Part shown: positions 17,435-26,793 of the stretch, piece by piece | Numbering within the stretch: the first letter of the stretch is position 1 | How the letters are laid out: each line of letters starts with the position of its first letter | Virus record (IMG/VR): IMGVR_UViG_3300045988_150084 | Origin: a virus | Reading direction: 5' to 3' (one strand) | Length of the DNA: 64,000 nt | Program-made: the position numbers and the translations under genes | The notes under the pieces: generated by a model | The model's input: the letters and a program-made list of their open reading frames with translations, nothing else | Databases searched by the model: none | Told to the model about the DNA's origin: nothing

Positions 17435-18211
17435 TTACTTAGAAAGACGCTTTGCGAGACGTACAGCGAGAGCAGGGTTTGTCTTAGAGAGACTACGCAT
17501 AAAGTCAGAATCGATAGCTTTTTTTGAAGAGACGATAGGCTTCACATCGACGGCATAGACAACGGCATGGTTTCTAGCAGGTTTCCCAATATCCTTCTTA
17601 GCTTTTTTGCCGAGTTGCCAGTTGTTTTTAAGAGCAGCGAAAAAGTAGGCAATAGGATTCTTGACAGAGAGGGAGCTATTGAGAAGGGCGAGCTTTTCTT
17701 CAACGTAGTTTACGCCAAGCTCTTTCATCTCCTCGAAGGAGCACGGCTTATTGCCAGCCAGCTTGCGTCCGTATTCCAGAACTTTCGTTGCGTAGAGGAC
17801 GGGGGAAATACCGAGGGCAGCAGCTTTCTGTCCAACGGCGGCATGGTGGCTAGTCTCAGTCTCCTTCTCAACATCGTTATTATTTGTTTTAACTATTCTA
17901 GTTTGTTCTTTGCGATTCGTAGCCATAGGGCATGTCATGGGCTTCTCGAGGATGCGGACATAGCGGCCAAGCACCATTTTAGGGATTTTGGGAGAGTACA
18001 TGAGCTTGACGGCAACAAGACCAGCGCGGCGAAGGTCGGTAATGATATGACTGATACGCGACATGGATTTACCCATCATCTCTGCAAGGCTTCGATTGTT
18101 CGCCCAGCATGAACCTGTTTTTGCGGAAAGATATTCAATTCTCTCGAACAGCAATACATGTGTGGATGTCATTTTGATACCGTTAATAGTGTCGTTCGGT
18201 TTGAACTTCAT
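17435..18211 (-). CDS. Winged-helix DNA-binding protein, putative replication initiator (Rep-like)
   Basis: A predicted HTH (SLAEMMGKSMSRISHIITDLRRAGLV) sits in the N-terminal third. The gene is divergent from the partition cassette. Function is inferred from context. Confidence 0.4.
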   Translation of the reverse strand: MKFKPNDTINGIKMTSTHVLLFERIEYLSAKTGSCWANNRSLAEMMGKSMSRISHIITDLRRAGLVAVKLMYSPKIPKMVLGRYVRILEKPMTCPMATNRKEQTRIVKTNNNDVEKETETSHHAAVGQKAAALGISPVLYATKVLEYGRKLAGNKPCSFEEMKELGVNYVEEKLALLNSSLSVKNPIAYFFAALKNNWQLGKKAKKDIGKPARNHAVVYAVDVKPIVSSKKAIDSDFMRSLSKTNPALAVRLAKRLSK

Positions 18212-18650
18212 GTTGTACCTCCATTTTTAATAAAAAAATAAGCGTCCAACACACCTTTTTGGTGCATCAGACGCTCTTGTTTCTTGAATCAGATGCTAGA
18301 CTATGTTATAATAGTCGTAGATAGTTGATGAAACAGGTGTTGTCTATTTATTTTGTTTCACCGACTTGCGTAGCTGAGTGGTGTGAAGATTACCAGCCGC
18401 GCTCGCTCTACTGGGTGGTGTAAAGGTAGACCAGTAAAGCCGCTTCTAAGTGACGCCAATCACTTGGGAGCATTTTTTTTGTTCAATTTTCAAGGAAATG
18501 TGGATAACGCTGTGGATAACTCGTGCTTCACAGATTGCTACCTACGTCTTATATGATAACTCGCTAACCCTTATGTAGTCAACGCTTAAAAGCAAATATT
18601 TACACAAAAGGTTCGGTATATTACTGAGTATTACTCAATGATATTTTTTC

Positions 18651-18679
18651 TTGACGTATCGCTTATAGTGTTATACAAT
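18651..18679 (+). promoter_or_regulatory. Sigma70-like promoter upstream of parM: TTGACG, 17-nt spacer, TACAAT
   Basis: The -35 and -10 hexamers with 17-nt spacing are read directly, about 44 nt upstream of the parM ATG. Confidence 0.5.
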
Positions 18680-18722
18680 GTGAGCGTAGATGATTTTTGC
18701 TTATCGAGAAGGAGGAATTGCC

Positions 18723-19634
18723 ATGATTTCTATCGACGTAGGATTCGGTAACACTAAGGTGTATGACGGCGAAACCTTAAACGTGTTCCCCTCTATCTAT
18801 TACCGCGCCAAGGCAGCCGAAGCCGTGAACGACCCAAGAGATATGCTCCTTGAACTTGACGGTGAAAGGTATCATGTTGGTATCACAGCCCTGCATAAAG
18901 GTGGGGAGTCACAGATGGAGCGTCACAACCTCCTCCGTCACAAGCTCTTCATTCTCTCTGCGATTTGCGCTACAACGAGAGGGGATTTCTCCGATAAGGT
19001 TCTTCTTGGTCTTCCGATTAGCGACATGGAGACGATGAAGGAATCTGTTGAAGGATTGAAAGGCGTATACCACGTTATTTTCAACGGAGAGACGCGAGAA
19101 ATCAACATCACGGCTATTAAGGTATATCCCCAGTCAGAAGCCGTATACAACCTCCTAGAGCGTCAGGACGAGAATATCAGAGACAAGGCAATCGGTATCA
19201 TCGACGTGGGACAGAAAACAGTTGACCTCGCCTACTACAACTACGGCACGCTTGATGATGATAGGTGCGGTAGTCTCACAAAACTCGGTTGCAAGTCGGC
19301 ATACCTTGACATCCAGAAAGCGCTTAATCGTGTCTGCGACATCGATACTGAGTGGTATCTGGTATCTAAGTTCTTGAACCGCGAAGCAATAGAAGAAGAT
19401 AAGAATCGTGCGTTTGAGGACATGGCGCGTAAGATTCTGAGCGCAACCAGTAATCTTGGATGGAACTACCATGAACTCGATGCAGTATACCTTATCGGCG
19501 GCGGTAGTTCTTATGTTGAGCCGTTTGTAAAAGAGCATGTAAAGGTTCTTACTGGAGAGAGCGAAAAAGTTATTATTCCGTCTAACCCAGTATTCGCGAA
19601 TGTGAGGAGTTACTACGAGGGGGAATTGAAATGA
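18723..19634 (+). CDS. parM: ParM/StbA-like actin-type partition ATPase
   Basis: Phosphate-1 ISIDVGFGNTK, phosphate-2 GIIDVGQKTVDLA, adenosine motif LIGGGS. A GAAGGAGGAA RBS precedes the ATG at 18723; the ORF track starts at an upstream ATG with no RBS. Confidence 0.7.
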   Translation: MISIDVGFGNTKVYDGETLNVFPSIYYRAKAAEAVNDPRDMLLELDGERYHVGITALHKGGESQMERHNLLRHKLFILSAICATTRGDFSDKVLLGLPISDMETMKESVEGLKGVYHVIFNGETREINITAIKVYPQSEAVYNLLERQDENIRDKAIGIIDVGQKTVDLAYYNYGTLDDDRCGSLTKLGCKSAYLDIQKALNRVCDIDTEWYLVSKFLNREAIEEDKNRAFEDMARKILSATSNLGWNYHELDAVYLIGGGSSYVEPFVKEHVKVLTGESEKVIIPSNPVFANVRSYYEGELK

Positions 19635-20044
19635 GCAAGAGAGTCTCAGTAGTATTTCCTGGGCTTATCGGGGACTATGTGGAAAAACGCATGAACCAGC
19701 TCGGTCTTACTCCTAGTCAGTTCCTTCATATCATGGTTATCAGGGACTTAATCAGACCGTTGACCATTGAAGAAGCTGGCATCTTGAGCATCGGCGTAGG
19801 TCGTATGAAGTCAGGCGGCAGTGCGGAACAGGTTATCGCTGGACTTGCCCCACTATTCGAGAGAGAAGGTTACTCCAAAAAACAGGAAGAGGAAGAACCT
19901 TTAGGAGACGATGACGTAAAGAAAGTGGTTAGCGACATCCTCTCCGAGCCAATCCCAGAACCGCCAAAGGTAGAAGAGCCAAAACAGACCGTAGAGAAAC
20001 ACCAAGACGAGCCTAAGATGGGGAATATGACAGGCTACATCTGA
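19631..20044 (+). CDS. parR: ParR-like ribbon-helix-helix partition adaptor with an acidic C-terminal tail
   Basis: The N-terminus RVSVVFPGLIGDYVEKRMNQLGLTPSQFLHIMV has an RHH-like strand-helix pattern. The gene overlaps parM (ATGA junction). The C-terminus is rich in E/D/P. Confidence 0.5.
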   Translation: MSKRVSVVFPGLIGDYVEKRMNQLGLTPSQFLHIMVIRDLIRPLTIEEAGILSIGVGRMKSGGSAEQVIAGLAPLFEREGYSKKQEEEEPLGDDDVKKVVSDILSEPIPEPPKVEEPKQTVEKHQDEPKMGNMTGYI

Positions 20045-20050
20045 AAATAG

Positions 20051-20092
20051 GCAAAAAAATAAGGGGACTGCGAAAGCAGCCCTCTTTTTATA
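20051..20092. terminator. Bidirectional intrinsic terminator between parR (+) and the XRE gene (-)
   Basis: The hairpin GGGACTGCGAAAGCAGCCC is flanked by an A-run on one side and a T-run on the other. Confidence 0.55.
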
Positions 20093-20534
20093 GTTTATTT
20101 TTTCTTTTCATCGGATATAAAGCGAATACGGCTTTCTCAAGGTCAGACGCAAGGTTTTTCTCCGCTGCTTCTTTTTCCAGCCGTAATTTTTCCTCGATTT
20201 GTTTCTTCTTATAAGCGGCGTAACCCCTTACGAGATAGTCGCGCCCTTCTCTTGTGTGAATCCATTTTTCCACATCAGCAGGGAGTGTAACAAGTTGTTC
20301 AGAAACACTAGCTTCACCTAACAGCGTATCGACAGGGATATTCATGCCCTCTGCGGCTTTGATGATGTTTTTGAGATAGACACGGCTACCCTTCATCGCT
20401 TGTAGGTATTGTGGTTTCCAGCCAATGCTACGGCAAAACTCGGCGGCAGAGATTTTATGCTGCTTGGTATATCTCTTAATAGTCTCGAACAGATAATCTC
20501 CGCTAATGTGTGTTGACTTACTATTATTTACCAT
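20088..20534 (-). CDS. XRE-family helix-turn-helix transcriptional regulator (candidate repressor)
   Basis: HTH ISAAEFCRSIGWKPQYLQAMKG. The ATG at 20534 has an AAGGAG RBS; the ORF track starts upstream. Confidence 0.55.
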   Translation of the reverse strand: MVNNSKSTHISGDYLFETIKRYTKQHKISAAEFCRSIGWKPQYLQAMKGSRVYLKNIIKAAEGMNIPVDTLLGEASVSEQLVTLPADVEKWIHTREGRDYLVRGYAAYKKKQIEEKLRLEKEAAEKNLASDLEKAVFALYPMKRKNKL

Positions 20535-20764
20535 TCGAACACACTCCTTACCAATAAATAATACAATGTGCAATCGCATGTTATCAGTACATATAATTTT
20601 TACTTTGTCCTAGTATAAAAAGCAACGAAATTTATTTATTCAAATATGATAGTATGCTTTTCTTTCATAACTAGTTAGATAACATCGTAGAGCGTCACAA
20701 GACTCTATTTACATTATATTGAATAGCAGGAGAATCCGCAAGACCTAAATCATGCTAGTTAATA

Positions 20765-23700
20765 TTAAATAATACTCCTAAATTTGTTGCCAACAACAGA
20801 CATCCGATAGATTTTATTCGTCTCGATTGGTACATAAACACTATTGAACATTACCATATCGTGCTGAGTTCCATCGGGACATTCCAGAGTAAAGAACATC
20901 ATAGGCTTACCGTTTTTCTGTTTCCAATGTTTGATACGTCGCACAACACCGAGAACAATACGGACACGTTTGTCTTGCTCATCGGGAGCCTGATATTTAC
21001 TTGTATCATAATCAGCGAAAATATCTTCAAAGGTCATGCCGAGCACTTCCAGCTCTCCAGCCTTGTAATCATAGTCTTCGTCGGTATTCTTAACCTCTTT
21101 GATTTTCTGTTCGATGTCCCAATACTTAGAGCTGTAATCAAGATACTTCTTATGAGCTTCTTTCTTCTTCTTCGTACCGTCTTTCGCTGTCTCATAGATA
21201 GCCTTATTCTTCTCGATTCGCTCTTTCACGGTAGAAAGCTGTCTGTTCAGCTTGTCAAGCGTGCCGCTCTGGTATACATCCTGCAAGAGTTCACTCCTGT
21301 CACCGAGGAAGTCAAGTGCTCCTGCTTTGATAAGATTTTCTACCTTGTCCTTTGGGAGTTTCTTATAGCTCTGATAGTCAAGAGGAACAGGAATATCGCC
21401 AATGCCAGAGATATAGTTAATAGCCATTCTGATAGTTTTATCGTCAACCACTTCCCAATCACAGGTATGTGAACGCGCATCGGGAGGGAGAATCTTGATA
21501 CCGTGCCGACGAGCGTCATTGACATATACTAGAAGGTCTTCCTGTTTGTCTCCGTTGTAGGCGTTGAGATAGGCACAAAGGAACTCAGCAGGGTAATGAG
21601 CCTTGAGGTATGCCGTCTGATAGCAAGTATAGCCGTAAGCCGCGCTGTGCGATTTGTTGAACTGATACGCCGCCGCATTGGACAACCATTCTGCCAACTT
21701 TTGAGCGACATCTTGACTTACACCACGTTTCTCGCAATCATTCACAAACTGAGGGACAAGTTTAGCCATCTCCTCTGGAATCTTCCTACCGATAGCACGA
21801 CGAAACACATCTGCTTGACCAAGGTCATACCCTGCCATAGCCTGTACAATCTGCATAGCCTGTTCCTGATAAAGCATGACACCATAGGTATCTTTCAAGC
21901 AATCCTCTACCCAAGGATGGATGTATGTAAACGGCTGTCCTTTTCTCCGATTCGTAAACTCATCAACCATGCCGCTCTGAATAGTGCTAGGACGATACAA
22001 TGCCACCAACGGAACAATATCGAACACATTTTGAGGTTTGATGTCTTGAATGATTTTCCGCATACCACCAGACTCAATCTGAAAACATCCGAGAACATCA
22101 TCATGGTTCAGCATATCGAAGGTAGCCGTATCTGTGTCAGGAAGGTTGTCTACGTCCACAGACGCGCCGTAACGTGCCTCCACCATCTTACAGGTGTTAT
22201 CTATCACGTCAAGCGTTTTAATGCCCAGAACGTCCTCTTTGAGTAGTCCCATGGCTTCGAGGTCGTGATACTCATAGGCACACACATAGTCTTCTCCCTG
22301 TTTCTCAATAGCACACCACTCCGTAGGGTCACTAGAAAAAAGCATGACAGCACTTGCATGACAGCCATAGTTTTGAATAATGCCAACATACTTCATCGCA
22401 AGGTCTTTCAAACGCTCATCGGTCTGTTCTTCAATGGTCTTAGGAAGATTGCGAATCGCAGAAGGTTCATAGCCAAGACTTCTAGCCGCTCTTTGAATTG
22501 CCGCACGCTCCCCCATCAGTCCAAAAGTGCGAACGTGATATACCTCGTGATACTTGTCTACAAGATATTGGATAGCATCGCCGCGCCTACTGTTGGGAAC
22601 ATCCGTGTCAATATCTGCGCTCGAACTTCTTTTGTCGTGTGCAAACCTTTCAAAGATAAGCCCGTACTTGATAGGGTCAATGCGAGTAATGTCCATGAGG
22701 TAAGCAACAAGACAGCCACCGACACTACCACGTCCGATACCCGTCCTGATACCGAGGTTGTGACATCCTCTTACAAAGTCCTCTGTCATAAGCATGTAGT
22801 TCGTATAGTCAATCTTATCGAGAACCTTGATTTCATGGTCAATCTGCGCTTTGTACTTGGGATATTCTGACTCAGGAACATGACCGACAATCTTCTTTTT
22901 GAACCCATCCGCTACTAGCTTGCACATCTGAGAGAGGGGCGTTTCGCCGTCAGGAACTTCAAAGACAGGATAATGTTTTTCTCCAAAAGGAATCTCTACC
23001 TGCTCACACTTGTCCGCTACACGCTCAGTTTCCTCGATTAGCTCATCAGCAATAGTGCCGTCAAGGTAGCTCAGAGCATCGCGTGCTTGCTGTTCGGAAT
23101 GGATATAGTAATCGTCAGTCTGATAGTAAGTGCTGTCTTCGTCGATACCGAGCCATTTCCTATGTGTGTCCGCTTCATCTTTGTTGACATAGTGAGAGTC
23201 CTCAGTAACATAAGCAGAGATACCTAAGTCCGTGGCGAGGTCAAGCATGTTCTGGTTATACTTCTTTTGCTCTTCATCTGTACCGAGCTGCAATTCAACA
23301 TAAAAATCCTCACCAAAAACATCTTGGAAGGTCTTAGCACGGTCATAGGCAAGGTCATAGTCCCACTCGTCACCGTTTCGCGGATTGAGAAGACCACCCA
23401 TGCAAGCAGAGGAAATAATCAGACCTTCTTTATGAGCGATAATATCCTCGGTAGTGAGCCGCATTGTGTAGAAGAAATTATCAGGTTTATTTCCCTTGTC
23501 ACCATATCCAATCGTTGCTAATCGGAGAAGATTATGATAGCCTGTCTCGTTCTTAGCAAGTAAGATAATATGGCAACTAGCCTTTCTGTCTTTGACGTAA
23601 TAGTTAGGAACCCAGTACCCCTCCATACCAAAGATAAACTTGATAGATGTACCGTGCTCCTTGTTGTACTTCTTTGTCTCTTTGTACGCCTCCATAAGAC

Positions 23701-23833
23701 CGCTCGTCGTGCCGTGGTCTGTCAGCGCCCAAGCAGTTTGTCCAAGCTCTCCGATTCGAGAAACCATCTCTGGAATTTTAGCAATGGCATCTCTCTTTGA
23801 GTAATGACTGTGCCTATGTAACCCTACGAACAT
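20765..23833 (-). CDS. dnaE: DNA polymerase III alpha subunit (DnaE-type, PHP domain plus polymerase core)
   Basis: 1022 aa. The N-terminal PHP motif is GLHRHSHYS...ALTDHGTTSG, and the length and layout are those of a replicative polymerase. Confidence 0.8.
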   Translation of the reverse strand: MFVGLHRHSHYSKRDAIAKIPEMVSRIGELGQTAWALTDHGTTSGLMEAYKETKKYNKEHGTSIKFIFGMEGYWVPNYYVKDRKASCHIILLAKNETGYHNLLRLATIGYGDKGNKPDNFFYTMRLTTEDIIAHKEGLIISSACMGGLLNPRNGDEWDYDLAYDRAKTFQDVFGEDFYVELQLGTDEEQKKYNQNMLDLATDLGISAYVTEDSHYVNKDEADTHRKWLGIDEDSTYYQTDDYYIHSEQQARDALSYLDGTIADELIEETERVADKCEQVEIPFGEKHYPVFEVPDGETPLSQMCKLVADGFKKKIVGHVPESEYPKYKAQIDHEIKVLDKIDYTNYMLMTEDFVRGCHNLGIRTGIGRGSVGGCLVAYLMDITRIDPIKYGLIFERFAHDKRSSSADIDTDVPNSRRGDAIQYLVDKYHEVYHVRTFGLMGERAAIQRAARSLGYEPSAIRNLPKTIEEQTDERLKDLAMKYVGIIQNYGCHASAVMLFSSDPTEWCAIEKQGEDYVCAYEYHDLEAMGLLKEDVLGIKTLDVIDNTCKMVEARYGASVDVDNLPDTDTATFDMLNHDDVLGCFQIESGGMRKIIQDIKPQNVFDIVPLVALYRPSTIQSGMVDEFTNRRKGQPFTYIHPWVEDCLKDTYGVMLYQEQAMQIVQAMAGYDLGQADVFRRAIGRKIPEEMAKLVPQFVNDCEKRGVSQDVAQKLAEWLSNAAAYQFNKSHSAAYGYTCYQTAYLKAHYPAEFLCAYLNAYNGDKQEDLLVYVNDARRHGIKILPPDARSHTCDWEVVDDKTIRMAINYISGIGDIPVPLDYQSYKKLPKDKVENLIKAGALDFLGDRSELLQDVYQSGTLDKLNRQLSTVKERIEKNKAIYETAKDGTKKKKEAHKKYLDYSSKYWDIEQKIKEVKNTDEDYDYKAGELEVLGMTFEDIFADYDTSKYQAPDEQDKRVRIVLGVVRRIKHWKQKNGKPMMFFTLECPDGTQHDMVMFNSVYVPIETNKIYRMSVVGNKFRSII

Positions 23834-24546
23834 TTCAACCTCTCCTCCGCAATCTCAAAATACGCATCATTCTGCTCCCAGCCGATATAGTTCCTGTTTG
23901 TATTCTTAGCCGCAATAGCCGTTGTTCCACTACCTATAAATGGGTCAAGAATTACATCCCCTTCGTTACTGTATGTCTTGATGAAGTATTCACACAATGA
24001 AACAGGCTTCTGCGTAGGATGTAGAGTCTTGCTAAAGGAAGGTCGCCATTGAACTTTTAGAACGTCGCGAGGGAATCTTGTACCAGTAGGGTTTTCACTA
24101 CGGAAACGTTTCATCGCGTTATAGTTACTACTATTTCTGTCTGTCAGCCCACACCGATACGGCTTACCGTGCCCCATAATAGGGTGATAGACAGGCAACT
24201 TATCGTAGAACACTAATACATTCTCGTGACACTTCATAGGCATCCGACGAGCATTTAGAAAACCTGTTGAGTTCGCTTTCTCACAAATCCATTCATATCG
24301 GAACATCTTAGGATTGGACATAACTACCGTTGCCGTGAATGGCATCTGAGTGAAAATGAGAATGGCAGAATTTTTCTTTGTCACCCTCTTAATTTCCTTC
24401 CAGAACGCATCCATATCAACAACCGTGTCCCATTTATTTCTTGTCGTGCCGTAAGGAGGGTCGGTCAACACCATGTCAACTGAATTATCAGGCAGAATCT
24501 TCATTCCCTCGATACAGTCACCGTGATAGATAATATTCTTTTCCAT
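23824..24546 (-). CDS. DNA methyltransferase, beta-class (DPPY then FxGxG), likely N6-adenine
   Basis: Motif IV VLTDPPYG near the N-terminus and motif I DPFIGSGTT near the C-terminus. The ATG start MEKNIIYHGD is at 24546. Confidence 0.7.
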   Translation of the reverse strand: MEKNIIYHGDCIEGMKILPDNSVDMVLTDPPYGTTRNKWDTVVDMDAFWKEIKRVTKKNSAILIFTQMPFTATVVMSNPKMFRYEWICEKANSTGFLNARRMPMKCHENVLVFYDKLPVYHPIMGHGKPYRCGLTDRNSSNYNAMKRFRSENPTGTRFPRDVLKVQWRPSFSKTLHPTQKPVSLCEYFIKTYSNEGDVILDPFIGSGTTAIAAKNTNRNYIGWEQNDAYFEIAEERLKCS

Positions 24547-24575
24547 ACAAAAAAAGAAGGAAGCTCTCGCTCCTC

Positions 24576-24758
24576 TCAGCAGACAACCCCGATAGCAGAG
24601 TTGAATCCGCACTTATATCCCCTTGTCGCTGCCTTGAGGGCCTCTTGAGCCTCGTGCAACGTTTTATAGCGTCCTACATGGTGCTTCTGCCTTACACCGA
24701 TACCGACACGCCATTTACCTCTTTCCGTATCAAACCAAATCACGCCATCTTTACGCAA
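24576..24758 (-). CDS. AP2-like DNA-binding domain protein (60 aa)
   Basis: GKWRVGIGVRQKHHVGRYKTLHEAQEALKAA resembles AP2 domains, which are often linked to HNH endonucleases in phages. Confidence 0.4.
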   Translation of the reverse strand: MRKDGVIWFDTERGKWRVGIGVRQKHHVGRYKTLHEAQEALKAATRGYKCGFNSAIGVVC

Positions 24759-24769
24759 ACAAATCTCTC

Positions 24770-24970
24770 CTAATCATCTTCATGTAGCATCTCATACATA
24801 CGTCTCCACCTTCTGCCCTGTCTGCAATTCTTCCACGCTCCATCGCGTTTCCAAGGGTCACCAGTACACTTACCGTTTACCCAATAGATACAGGCAAGAC
24901 AGAAACACCACTTGTCGCAAGCGTTCTCTATACACCTACGACAGAACCGTTTCAACGCACAACTAAACAT
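24770..24970 (-). CDS. Cys-rich small protein (66 aa)
   Basis: ORF track entry with 9 Cys. Confidence 0.35.
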   Translation of the reverse strand: MFSCALKRFCRRCIENACDKWCFCLACIYWVNGKCTGDPWKRDGAWKNCRQGRRWRRMYEMLHEDD

Positions 24971-25018
24971 ATCGCATCAACTCGTTTTTAGACCCCCGAA
25001 GGGGTACAGTATATTTTG

Positions 25019-25615
25019 TCAAGGAATCATAACTCCACCGATAAGACCAATGCCAGCACCGATGAGGAACGATTCAAACGTCTTTTTATGACGCTTTTTA
25101 GCTTCGTCCTTCTTCACTTGCTGGACTTCTTTATCTTTCTGCTCGGTGAGTGTCTTTGTATTCTGTTCCACGGCAATTTGTACTTCACGTTCAACGATGG
25201 GAGTCACGTCGAGAGTAGTCTTACTAGACTGTTCCACTTTCAGTTTACCCTTATCAAACTTCTGCGTCTCGTTGTCAAGAGTATCAAACGCCGTCTCTTT
25301 GCCGTTGTAGTTAATTACCACTTGCGGCTTATCGGAGCGAATCTCTACGTCAGCGTCGTTAGGAGTCTCCTTCTGGACGTACTGAATAACAGATTCTTTC
25401 TGCGATTCGACAGGGATTTTTACCTCTTTGACCTCAGTAACAACCTTGGGAACTTCCACTCGATTAGCACCGTATTTCTTACACGCTTGCCATCCACACA
25501 TGAAAGAGATAGCAAGGAGAGAAACAATGATGATGCCATAGAGCACCTTATCTTTGTTCTTCCAGACAATACCGAGAAAACCAGTAGCCTTATCCTTGAT
25601 TTCCTGCTTATTCAT
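25019..25615 (-). CDS. Membrane-anchored lysis accessory protein (unimolecular spanin-like, N- and C-terminal TM)
   Basis: An N-terminal TM (VLYGIIIVSLLAISFMCGW), a K/E-rich middle region and a C-terminal TM (LIGAGIGLIGGVMIP). The ATG sits 2 nt downstream of the endolysin stop. Confidence 0.45.
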   Translation of the reverse strand: MNKQEIKDKATGFLGIVWKNKDKVLYGIIIVSLLAISFMCGWQACKKYGANRVEVPKVVTEVKEVKIPVESQKESVIQYVQKETPNDADVEIRSDKPQVVINYNGKETAFDTLDNETQKFDKGKLKVEQSSKTTLDVTPIVEREVQIAVEQNTKTLTEQKDKEVQQVKKDEAKKRHKKTFESFLIGAGIGLIGGVMIP

Positions 25616-26207
25616 AGATAACATCTGCATCAAACTCCTTATCGCCAATGATAGCCTTGTCCGTGTACTGCCACATGAAACCCTTGATACCGTCCGTACC
25701 ATCATCGTCAGCGGTAGGGTTATACCCATTCTTCCACGCAGCGTTCCACACAGCACAATCAAGCGACTGCCAATCAATGTAGTTGTTCAGCCATCCCTCC
25801 GAAGCGTATACACCGCAATCAAGTGGGTACATACAGTTGAGGAAAGCGCGGCAGATACCTGTCACATTATCGCTAGAGAACTCAAACCCATGCCTAGACT
25901 TATAACCGTCCGCATCCTCCATGTCATAGAAGATAGGCAGCTCGAGGAGCACTCCAGCTCCTGAGATTACCTCCTTACAGTTATCGGCTTCAATCGTTGC
26001 TTCATACGGCGTAAGTCCATATCCATAGTGATAAGCGCCCACTTGCAGACCTACCGCATGAGCACCGTTCACATTTTCGAGAAACCTATCGTCGCGGCCT
26101 GTCTTGCCATAGGAGCACCGTACAATAGCGAAATCATACCCTGCATCCTTCACCGCTTGCCAATCGACAACACCGTTATTCTCTGAAACATCAATACCAT
26201 ATCTCAT
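25608..26207 (-). CDS. GH25 muramidase endolysin
   Basis: GIDVSENNGVVDW...DFAIVRCSYG...GAYHY is the GH25 signature. Confidence 0.75.
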   Translation of the reverse strand: MRYGIDVSENNGVVDWQAVKDAGYDFAIVRCSYGKTGRDDRFLENVNGAHAVGLQVGAYHYGYGLTPYEATIEADNCKEVISGAGVLLELPIFYDMEDADGYKSRHGFEFSSDNVTGICRAFLNCMYPLDCGVYASEGWLNNYIDWQSLDCAVWNAAWKNGYNPTADDDGTDGIKGFMWQYTDKAIIGDKEFDADVIYE

Positions 26208-26220
26208 ATACCATTCCCCT

Positions 26221-26469
26221 TTAACTCCACCAAAGAAACATGCCTAACACAATGCAGACCACGATGATAAGCGGCATAATCTTCCCAATCAGAATTAAGG
26301 CAAGTAATGCCCAAAATGCACCGATGGCGAAAGCATAGTAGACAACACAAAGAACAAACATACAGAACATAGAAAGAAACCAAAGGACGGCTTTTTCAGC
26401 TTTCCTTCCCATCTCTTTCAGCTTCTCGATATGAGGAATCTTGTGAAACAAACTCTTAATCTTATCCAT
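26221..26469 (-). CDS. Holin (82 aa, 2 TM)
   Basis: Two hydrophobic helices, and the gene sits immediately upstream of the endolysin. Confidence 0.5.
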   Translation of the reverse strand: MDKIKSLFHKIPHIEKLKEMGRKAEKAVLWFLSMFCMFVLCVVYYAFAIGAFWALLALILIGKIMPLIIVVCIVLGMFLWWS

Positions 26470-26472
26470 GAA

Positions 26473-26793
26473 TTACCTCCTTACAGGTGGAGCACCGTTA
26501 GGACTGTTCAACTCACTATCAATCCGATACTTGCCGAGAGACTGTCTGACAAGACCATAAATAGAAGGGACAGCGCCGATAACACCAAGTAGCCCCTGCC
26601 AACAGCTAGACAGCTCGAAGTGATACCCACAAAGACCATTAAGCCAATAACCTACCAGCCAAGAAGTACCCACGCACATGAAAAACAGCCCCCATAGGAT
26701 AGCCATGAGAGCTGCACATGTATAGACATTGTTTCTCACCCAATCGGCAGTAGCCAATGCCTTGTTCTTTAGCTTTTCAAAAACCAATGACAA
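26473..26793 (-). CDS. Holin-like membrane protein (106 aa)
   Basis: Multiple TM segments and a position inside the lysis cassette. Confidence 0.45.
   Translation of the reverse strand: MSLVFEKLKNKALATADWVRNNVYTCAALMAILWGLFFMCVGTSWLVGYWLNGLCGYHFELSSCWQGLLGVIGAVPSIYGLVRQSLGKYRIDSELNSPNGAPPVRR

Noticed and set aside
24970-25019. GC hairpin ACCCCCGAAGGGGT as an intrinsic terminator after the spanin-like gene
   Set aside because: No U-tract follows it on the minus strand and the U-run on the plus strand is weak. It is more likely an RNA stability element or coincidental.
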